Below, piece after piece: positions 36,969-47,172 of a stretch of 47,172 nt of DNA. Each line of letters begins with the position of its first letter. Position 1 is the first letter of the stretch. The position numbers were made by a program, and so were the translations under genes. The notes beneath the pieces are model-generated. The model was not told the origin of the DNA, searched no databases, and saw only the letters and a program-made list of their open reading frames with translations. Origin of the DNA: Seison nebaliae (taxonomy: Eukaryota); contig JALJEE010001153.1 of NCBI GenBank assembly GCA_023231475.1, positions 1 through 47,172 on the forward strand, given 5' to 3'.

Positions 36969-37509
36969 TCCAACATCCGTTACGTGAGAATTTATGAGAA
37001 ATTTACTTGAGAAAAAAAGAAAATAATTTAGAAGAAAAGTTTATGAGAATAACTTCTTCCTCCTTCACTCACAATTAGAGAGTTTCGCGTAAATGTTCTG
37101 TCTATTCTTTTCTCATTCACTCGATGTTTTTTGCGGGAAAAGGAAATTGGATAATTGTCTTTGCAAAAATCACTTTAATTCTTCTTCTTTTTTTTTCTCG
37201 AACGAATCATTGAGCTAAATAATCATTTGCGTCGAAATCTTCTTCTCTTTCAAATAACGATAGTAGAGTAACAAAAGAATGAGAATGCCAAAAAGAATCG
37301 CTTCGCCGAATATTAGAATACATAGAATGATCGGCATCTTCTCCATTGAAACGCAAGGATTATTTCCTTCTTCAAATTATTTAGTATGTGCAATCGGGCA
37401 AAATTAATTTGGAAGAAATAATAAAATAGAGAATTGAAGGAGAAGAAACTTCAACTTAAAAACACTTCGCTCCCAACTCATTTAAATATTCATTAGAAAA
37501 ACAAAAAAT

Positions 37510-40500
37510 TTATTTCAACGAAGATGACATTTTTTTCCTTGAATATTCTTCTGATTCTTTCAACATTCTTATCATGTCTTCCGGAATCTTCTCCACTTGT
37601 AACTTAGTCTCATTCCTCTTCATTCTCTTCTCAAAATAATCATATTTTGTCAACAAACGTTGAAATTCTCTCATCGGTATCAATTTGGACGCAGTCCCTC
37701 CAAAATCTAATTTTTCCGAACGTTTACCAAATGTTCCCGAACCTCGTCGACTTATCGTTCTTTTTCCAAAACTATTTCGACTTGGCGTTCCCTTTCCCAA
37801 ACTATTCTGACTCATCCTTCTCATTCCCAAACTATTCTGACTCATCGTTCTCATTCCCATACTATTTCCACTTATCAACCTCGTTCTCAAACTATTTTCA
37901 CTATTCAATTTGGACAATGGTCTACCTAGAGAAATTGTCGTTTTCAAACTGGGCGAATCATTCGTCGTTCTGTTCAATTTGGAACTTTTCACTTTTATCA
38001 AATTCGTTCCCGATAAATTATCTAATTTAGTTTTCGAATAAAATTCCTCAATTTTCTTCTTCACATTCTTCACATTCATCTGTTTCTTCCTCGTGTTGTT
38101 GGGTGCACGTTTATTTAAACGTCTCGTCACTTTCGTCTTATTTCCGGCGCCCAATGGTTTCCGTACAGAAAACAACTTACGATAAGTTAATTTGTCAGGC
38201 GGTTTACCTCGTTCATGAACAAATTTCTTCTCTTGAAAATTTCTTCTGTGATTATCTTTTATTAGTTTCTGACAATGATTTCTATAAGAATCTTCTTTAA
38301 TTAATTTTCTTTCCGAATCATCTAAATTTCCGCTACTTTTCTCATAATGAAGATCTTTCTCGTCATTTGTTGACGATGACGTGGACGAGAATTCCGTTTG
38401 AGATGATTCATCAGTTTCATAATTTTCAGGTTGAATGATATTTTTTAACACTTCATCATAAACTCCATTATATTTCGACAAGTTTTTCTTTTTCATTTCT
38501 TTTGATGAATCGTCTCGTTTATGTTCGTCGAATTCTTCACAAATCATCGATAATTGATTGGGATGATCGATAATTGATAAATCCGATTGAGATTCCATTT
38601 CTTCTGAATTTTTCTCATGTTCATCCGAAGAAGTTATTTCTTCGAATGTCGTTGCAATTGAGAATTCTCCTCCTTCCAAAGATGAATCGTCGTCTTCTTT
38701 CATATCTTCCATCGAAAACTCTGATCCGTCGTCAGTGAAATTGATTAAATACTCATTACTTATCAACGACGGTTCCAAACTAAACTTTTTCGTTTCCATC
38801 GACGATGAAAATTTCTTCGCTGTTGATTCACTTTCATCTTCAGCACTATTCCCGTACAAATCTTCTCCATTAAATTTCATTTTTGATATCATTCCCAGAT
38901 CGTCGATCTTAATTGTCTCATCGTTCCTCACTAGATTGGCATGAGATTCCGTCGGACTTTCTGTCAATAACGTCCGATAATCAGAGAAACCGTTTCCGAA
39001 ATTTCCAAATAATTTCGACAATGTATTTCGCGAGTCAATCGTCAATTCTCCTTCACAAAATGATATTTTTTTTTTGAGTAATTTCTCTATTTCTCTCTCG
39101 TCGTTCAAATCGATTAATTTATTTTGTAACATCGAATTCTTTTGACGTTCCATCAATCTCAAATGACTCAATTTATTCTCATCCATTTCTATATTACTTC
39201 TCTCATCCGAATTATATCTCTTCAAATATCTCTCCTCAATATCTTCATTTGTGACAGTTGATTTATCATTTTTAAATTGTTCATTCATCGAATTATTCCG
39301 CAATTTCGAAATTTGTTCAATCGATATTAAATTATTATCTAAATACTCATCCGTTTCAGTTGCCACATTAATCGTTTTCGGTTCATTCTTTTTCATTTCA
39401 TCGATTAATTCCGTTTGTGTATAATTATCTTTTCCATCAAACAACATTCCAGTACTATCAATCCTTTCAGTTATGTCATCCAACAAAATATCAAAACTTT
39501 GTTTCGTCAATTTCGTTGGTTGTTTCGACGTAGTGATCCTTCTTAAATTATTTGATTTCGTCTTCAATTTAGACGGTTTCGATTTGCTTCTACTTTTCGG
39601 AAATCGTTCCGAACTTTCTTCCAATTCAATTTCTTTCAATTTGTTCATTTCATTAAATAAATTTTCATCAATCTCTTTATTCATCTGCTTTCCAGAACTC
39701 TTCTCTTCTCCTAACACATCACGAGTGATATCATCACCTTCGATCGTTATCCATTTTTTCTCTTTCGTTTGATTCGATGAAGGCGCATTAACTTCTTCTA
39801 ATAGAAAAGTAGTTAAAGCGAATTCACTCATATCTTCTCCAAGTTGTTTCGTCGAGAAATTATCGAAGAAGTTCAATAAAATATCGTTATAAATTGATGC
39901 TCCATCTCGATAGAGTTGTGCAGTTATTCGATTATCTCGAATACGTTCCCATATCTCTAATTTATTTCGAGATTTCTTTTTCATTTTTGCCTTATCCACC
40001 GAAATGGTTGATGCTGCAATCTTTGCTGATTTCATACATTCTTTCAACAAATCTATTAACTCCATCAATGTTTGTGGTTTCTTCAAAGAAATTTCATCTA
40101 ATCCTCTCAAATCATTTTCAGGAATTTGAGTATTTAATTCAATATTATTCGATTGTATCATCGTTTCAGCTTCATTCAAATAATTCATCGTTATCATAAC
40201 AGCATCGTTCGCTAATTCCGATTCTTTATCTGACCAAAACTCATCATCTTTATCATTCTCCTTATGTCCTTCCAATTCCATTCTTTCTTTATATTTCTCT
40301 CTTCTATCATTATTCGTCCATATATTAAAATTTAAATTACCTCCATTCTTTGAATCAATTTCGAATTCCAGTTTATTTCCATTAAATTCGGTTTCGGATG
40401 GTAAATCGTCAAAACTCATCGGCATATATACCACATGTCGTTGAGGAGTACTTCTACTATCCTGTTTCTCTAATAATTTTTTCACCATTTCATCTAACGA

Positions 40501-43500
40501 CCATCGAGCAACTTCTTCTTTTATATTTTTCATTTCAAATTTTCCTGATGGTTTTTCATCATTCACAATGATCTTTGGTGTTTCTCTAATTTCTTCATTT
40601 TTTTTCACATTCGAACTTTTCGTTTCATTCATCTTTTCTTCATCATTTGTCTTTTTCAATTTTTGTGATTTTCCATTTTTTCTTGATGGAAATTGACGAA
40701 GTTGAAATTTCTTATTTTTTATCGATTCCGATTTTTTATTTCCTATCACTTCTGCCATTCTTTTTGATGATAATTTGGAAGTTTTGGTTTTTTCTGATTT
40801 CTTTTCTTTTAATTTTCTTAATTTTGAATCATAAATTTTTGGTGTAAATTTCATTTCTTCGAAATTGTCGTCTGTCGATGTCGGTTTCTTTAGATTATCC
40901 AATATGTTCGAAAGTTTATTTTTACGTTTTTTTGATTTTTCTAATTCTTTCATTTTCTTACGTTCTTCCTGTTGTTTATTCTCTTCCACCTGCTGTCGTT
41001 TAGCGAGATAAGCAGTTGTTAATTTATTAAATTTTTTCTTTTTCTCTTCCAAATGTCGATTATTTGAAATGTTTCTTTGATCGTCCAAAAAACGATGTTT
41101 ATTTGGAAGAAGTAATTTAATCTTAATCGATTTCTCCAGTTTTCTTTCATTAAACATGGAACGTAAATTTGATGATTCTCTTGAATTATTATGATTATTT
41201 TTGTAATTGCGTTGAAGGAAAGGAAATGTGTTTAGAATGATATTCTTCTTGTTCTTTTTCGGAGATGGTTTACCATTTGAACAATCTTTCCTCATTCTCT
41301 CTAATCCGTTATGTCTCACAGAACCATGAGAAGCGGTCGGTCGAATATATTTATCTGATTTCATTGATGACGATATTCTCTTCTCTGGAAACTGACGAAA
41401 CTCCATGAAATATTTATGTTTACGTCCATGTGGATGAGTAGGCTGTCGACTCTTTCGACAATCCTTAAAATATTTGGATCCTTTCGTCTTCTTTGCTGTA
41501 GAGCGACTTCGTTGAGATCGACTTCTTTGAAATCGAACCGGTTTTGTGATTTTCGATGATCTAATAATATTATTATTCGCTTTCAAATCTTTGGGAATTG
41601 CAGCATCAAACATAATAGTGTTCAATTTTGGCATGACATCCAAATCGGATTTCTTATCTGAGATGGGCCAACTTGACACGTCAGAGTCACTTAATTTCAC
41701 CGCCGAATTACAAATATAATTCGTTTTTGGCGATTCACAACAAATGATGGTTCGATTCTTCAATGAACCACCATCTTCACCTCCGATATCTCCATAACTT
41801 CCAGCGTATCGATTTGAATGATGGTTACGTCTTCTGGTGTGACGTGTTTGTGGTAAACAAACAAAACAATGTTCTTTTCCGTCATTAAAACATCCGCAGG
41901 TTTTTCGACTTTTCGATCCGTTCGATCTCTTTCTTCCATTCCACATTTCATATTTTGGAGAATAGAGTTCCTCCGAACTCCGGCAATAACTCTGTCCATC
42001 CGAACAATAACTGTGTTTGTACGTGTGTTTATCATCGAACGATTTCCGTAAATAACGGTCTTCATCTCGACGTCGATTACTTCTGGAATGGAGAGATTTA
42101 TGAAGATATTTTTCCAACATTTCATTCTGGTTTCTTTTGGTAGGTACGACTCTCGAAGAATGACGACCATCTCTCTCATATTTATCATCCGTTTTATTAT
42201 GATGGTGATGGTGATGATCAGGATTTCTACTTCGATGACTATGTTGATGATCACTATGTCTACTTTGATGACTTTTATGTGAATGTCGATCGTTTAAAGA
42301 TCCGGTATAATAACCATCAGAATATTTATCGCGATGATGTTGATGTCCTAGTGAATTATGTTGATATCTGTGAGGAGTTGTATTATCTAACGAAATATTA
42401 GGAATCTTATCTCCAATAGATGTGTGACGATGATGATGTAACCGTTGGACAATATCATCATTTCTACCACCATTTTTTCCATCAAACGATCGATGATGAT
42501 GTTTAGGACGATGTCCTTCTTCCTTTAATCGATGATGATGTGATTTGTGCGATCTTCCGTCATCTCCACTTTTATGATGATGACGTCGATTATTTATCGG
42601 TTGTGAATGATAAATATAAGAATAATTATCTGTTCTATCTTTGGAACCACTTGTATAATAATCTTTGAGAATCTTCTCTTCACTTATCTCACTAACAGAC
42701 ATCGTATTATCTTCACCTGTCGAGTTCGAATGTTTCTCACTAAAACTCTTCGGAATAAACGAACCAGATACAGGTCCGTCACTATGTCGTTCATGAAAGC
42801 CCTGACTTGCCCCCTCGAAATAAGTAGGAACGGTTTTAGTTGCGGTAGAAACGGAATCTAAAAAATTCTTATTATTCGTTCTCACATTCGTCGTTCGACT
42901 ACTGCGTGATTGTATCGATTTGTAACTATGATTATTATGACGAGTAGATGAACGAGGCGAATAATGTCGACTACTACTACGACTATAATGACTAGTGTGT
43001 TTCCCATTCATATTATTAACGACGGATTGCACATGAAATAATTCTTTGACTATCAATTGATTTTCAGTAGAATCTGATCCGATTAATCCTCTAGAATTGG
43101 CTTTTAATAAATAATTGAATCCACATGATCTCCGTTCTATCATTTGATTCTCGATATCTTTCACATGTTTCGAAAACGACACTTTCTCACCATCAGAAGT
43201 TGCCTTCGATCCTATTGAAGCGAAATCGAAAATATTCTCTAAAACTTTCTTCTTTTTCTCTTTATCTTCTGTTCGGTTAATTCTCCTGTCAGCGAAACGA
43301 CTAATCGCTTCACGTATCGGGAAAACGATCTCTTCTTTCCCACTATTCAATGCGATGGTGGAATAACATTTCGCATTGACCTTATGATAATCTGTATCGA
43401 TCTCTGTGATTTTTATTTGAGTTTTCGAATATTTCGGCCATGTTCCATCACCAGTCTGTGGAATCGTTTCTTCCAACAAATTCTCCAAATAATTGATCGA

Positions 43501-45290
43501 CGGTAAATTTTCCACTTGAAACTGAGAATGACGTTTCATTGTCACTTCCTTCTTTCCATTTAGCCATGTCAATTTGGATGGTTCGTCAACTTCACTCAAA
43601 TATTGACAGTTCGATTTAAAAATAGAATTATGACTTCGAATAGCTGACATTCCATCTCCTTTACTTTCGCCTGAATTACCACTAAGAATCGAAACTGAAA
43701 AACATTCTTGTGCGGCACATTTACAACTCTCTAAATTCTCCTCCGTATGATTATTGGAGATAGAAGGACGATATATTTGTCGATCATTTACGCTATTCAT
43801 TCCTAATAATTTCTCTTGAATGGACGTTCGACAATTGGTGGTGGAAGGAATACTTTGAAATGATAATTCCTCTTCCAAATTCATTTGATATTTATTCGAA
43901 CTATCACGACAACAATTGAGGATTGTTTTGTATATTTCTTTAGCATGATGAAAATCTGGAAATCTTTCCATAATAATATTAGCTTTCCTCAATTGAAAGT
44001 TCGTATCAGTGAAATTAGTTAATTTTTCCATCATATTCATTTGTAATTCGTTACAAGTAGTAGGAATTCTTAATTGTTCTACTCTCTCTCGTTCTACAGA
44101 GGCAATTGCGGTTAATGTATCGACATCAATACGTTGCTCGTACCATAAATGTTTCTTCGGATAGTCACCAACATAACTCTCACTACAATTCCTTAAGACG
44201 ATAGGCTTATATTGTTGTGCACGAAGAAGTTGAGGAGTCGTTTCAATACTCGTCCGCTGAAATTTCAAATCGTCCTTATTTTTCTCATCTAATTGTTCGT
44301 GTTTGATGATTGATAATCGTACGTGATTAATAATTAGAGAGGAACTTCTTCCAATAGTAGATGTCTTGTTTTCCGAATAACTTTCTGTTGTCTGTGTAAA
44401 TTCACATTTTCCAATTATAGGAATTCTGTATAAATTTGCACGATATAACGGTTCCGTTATGCTGATATTGACACCTTCGGAGCAAGCATCTTCTGTCATT
44501 CCGGTATCTTGTGATGAAAGTAAGTCCATTTGGTCGTCAATCGTTTGAAGATTATAACCGTCACTACAACTACCGTCGTTGAATAAACAATGAAATTCCA
44601 TTCTCCCACAATCACTTCCCACATTTTTATTCAACGCATCATATCTCATTCTTTCATCGCCATCATCCGGTATTTCAGGTAGTGAAGTAATTCTTGGTAT
44701 ACTACTCAATCCAACAGACATTGATTTATCCGTCTCTTTTTCAGATTCGTTAAATAAAAAAGGTTTTCGTCCATCAATCGTTGTCATTTTCACCTTTTTT
44801 TCATGTTCATTTATCGGAGATTTTTTTTCATATTTTACAGATTTCGAATTAGTTGTTCGTTTACTCTTAGGGATGTTTGATCGTTTTGCTGATGTATCGG
44901 GTGATGGTTTTTTTACTTCTTCCAAAATTTTTGAAAGTTTCGCTATACTACTCGCAGTTGATTGAGCCGGTTTCAACTCATTTTTCGATAAAGCACCACC
45001 GAAAGATGTCTTCGAAAGATTCTTCGAATTCGAGTTACTCTTCTTTTTCCTTTTCTTCTTCTTTGTGACGTGAGTGGTTGGACTAGAACTCGCTATCAGT
45101 TTATCAAGAGTAGCAGATGAGAATTTTGTTGTATGTATATCTTCCGTCGTTCCTTCAGAATTACCAAAATTAGTGATAAGATCATTTCTCATAAATGATG
45201 TGTTATCATCGGTTTTAATTAAGAGACTGAAAGTATATGGAAATGAATGAATAACAGTTAATGGAACCTGTCATCTAAATCTGGTTTCAT
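37510..45290 (-). CDS. Giant (~2,580 aa) low-complexity, likely disordered protein; no recognisable domain
   Basis: 7.7-kb stop-free frame 37510..45226. A 23-nt first exon (ATG 45290, MKPDLDDS) joins it in frame through a 41-nt GT-AG intron at 45267-45227. Contains His/Arg/Ser-rich, Lys-rich and acidic blocks. Confidence 0.85.
37764..37900 (-). repeat. Coding ~30-nt tandem repeat (MSQNSLGMRR-like decapeptide)
   Basis: ttcccaaactattctgactcatc(c/g)ttctca occurs twice almost exactly, with diverged copies on both sides. It encodes ISGNSMGMRT-MSQNSLGMRR-MSQNSLGKGT-PSRNSFGKRT. Confidence 0.85.
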
Positions 45291-46424
45291 AAAAAAAATT
45301 TATGAATAAGATGCGAATGAAAGTGAAAACTGTTTTTAGTGGTTTGAATATCATAATATAATATATCATCACGAAGTGATTTTGGATCAGTATGAAGATC
45401 GTTGTTCGAATGATATTTGTGGGAGGATTGCTTCCCTAGAATGAGTAGGAATGGGGGAGAATTGAACGAAAAGAACTTGATGCTCGTTTTTGTTTTCGGA
45501 TAAAACTGCCTTTCTGATTGGCGTTAATTGGCGGGACAATTGCATCGGAAACATTTGCATCTGGAACGTTAGATAACAATAATGATTCGTCAATTTTATC
45601 TGGAACGATCAAGTATAAGTCCTCGTAATTTTAATTAAGGGATAACTGTCTTCAATTAGTTTCGTTTTATCGCGAGTTTGTGGTTTTTTCTAGATTTATA
45701 TTAAATTCAAATTATTTTATGTAGAAATGTACTTTAACTTCAATTGAATCATTTCTAGAGGACATTAAGAAAAATTAAATAAATAAAGTGCGCTTAACTC
45801 AAGACATTTCCAACTATTTATTCTTGTTCCATGTCTAACAAAGTGAAAGAAGTAAGTGAATGACAGAACAACGTAAGTGAAAGTCCGAAATTATTTCATA
45901 AAATTAATCTCTGCAATTTACGGTAACCATATTTAAAAGAATCTAATAAGTTATATTTCTCGTACCACTAAATTCTGTAGAATTCATATTTACGGAAAAT
46001 TCATGCAATTTAGATAATAAACTCCACTACTCCAAAAGTAATGTTTCCAATCGGTTCACGATATGGATCTTAGTCCCAATACTGCTAATCACTGATGTTG
46101 ATCCAGAGGTCGAGTCTGTTATAAACACTTCTTTGGATATATTCGGTTATTTCCTCGGTAATATATTTGCCTTTCCTTAACTAAATAATCTGACACTAAT
46201 GTGAAGGTCCTAGGTTGAAACAGGGGTTGAAAAAAATTCCTTCGTCAAACGAGAAACTTAATCCAACTCTGCTTCTTATTTCAACCGCTACTTATCACTT
46301 AAAAAATAGTTCGGACAACGAGTCTTGTACTAATATCTTGTAATACCTTGTACGTCAGACTGATTACTTTAAAAATTGATTAAAAATTGAGTTTAATTAA
46401 TGATTTAAAACAATTCAGTTTTGG

Positions 46425-46996
46425 GTGATGTTGGACAGTGGTCTACGCACGGAATCACGGAATTTCACGCATATTTGCGAAATAACGTATCCTGCATCTC
46501 CGTACGAGTTATATTGGGACATGTGTAACACAGCCGTGGTATATGAACGTTCCCAATCCCACAACGATGAGACACACGTCTCACGCAACATAGAAATCTT
46601 TCTTACCACTGACCGCAGAGGAGGAGATCGATCAAAACATTTCAATTTCAATAAAAAAAAAGTATCGGAATAGGATATAATCCGATGGAAAACAGAAAAA
46701 AAGCATCGGATATTAGAACAACAAACACAGAATAATTTATCAACGAATGGGATTATCAAACGCCTACTGCATTTAGAACACGGGGAACTTGAAACCGAAG
46801 AAAAATGTTCCATTACAAATATAAGACCAAAGTTCAACAAAGGATGCATGTTATCCTACGTGCATCTGGAATGACTCTTAGAAATGACTATGAAAGGAGA
46901 CGCGAAATTCAACCAAAAAAAAAATTTCGAATTCGAATTGTTCTAACAAGATACATTGTAAGATACAAGATATATTCACTAACAAGATACAAGTAA
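46425..46996 (+). pseudogene. Interrupted coding-like segment, possibly a mobile-element relic
   Basis: The frame from 46425 continues past a single TAG (46671-46673) for ~65 more codons and overlaps ORF 46805..46996. Short ACAAGATA(C) repeats follow at ~46945-47010. No diagnostic motif recognised. Confidence 0.25.
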
Positions 46997-47172
46997 GAAA
47001 CAAGATATACGGAATTTGAATCTTACTATCAAATTTTCATAATAAAAAACTCAATTATTGAGATTTAAATGAAACATTGAATTTTTATTATCACATTAAA
47101 ATAGAAAAGTTGAATAAAATTATCTTTATTAAACTGTTGAGAAAGACGTCATCTTCGTTATGTATATGTCCT

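Noticed and set aside
37764..37900. 30-nt periodic repeat as a CRISPR-like array
   Set aside because: It has no unique spacers, lies in frame within a eukaryotic CDS, and has no cas genes nearby.
46830..46872. KGCMLS resembling the RT QGxxLSP motif
   Set aside because: An isolated match with no other RT motifs in order.

Overview
AT-rich, gene-dense animal genomic DNA with very short GT-AG introns (mostly 41-61 nt). The gene set (HP1, class A GPCR, PHM, site-2 protease, HYDIN, RSPH14) points to a compact-genome ciliated invertebrate, but the species cannot be fixed from the sequence. The first ~3.2 kb holds two decayed mobile elements: a MULE/Mutator transposase relic and a frameshifted non-LTR reverse transcriptase. 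Three + strand genes follow: HP1, a probable single-pass membrane protein, and a 244-aa orphan with weak Bcl-2/Bax-like motifs. Eight co-oriented - strand genes then span ~38.6 kb: CPTP-like GLTP, an orphan, HYDIN, an orphan GPCR, monofunctional PHM, RSPH14-like, MBTPS2 and a ~2,580-aa low-complexity protein. A MITE-like foldback element with TAA flanks lies at 8.6-9.1 kb. The main observation is that the 532-aa ORF that looks like a separate gene inside HYDIN (18143..19741) is flanked by in-phase splice sites. It therefore reads as a symmetric 1,605-nt exon inserting 535 aa that I cannot match to HYDIN, and it could be included, skipped, or used as a terminal exon. All ten HYDIN introns I could map sit in one 3.3-kb patch between two 7-9 kb exons. 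All family assignments come from remembered motifs, not database searches.
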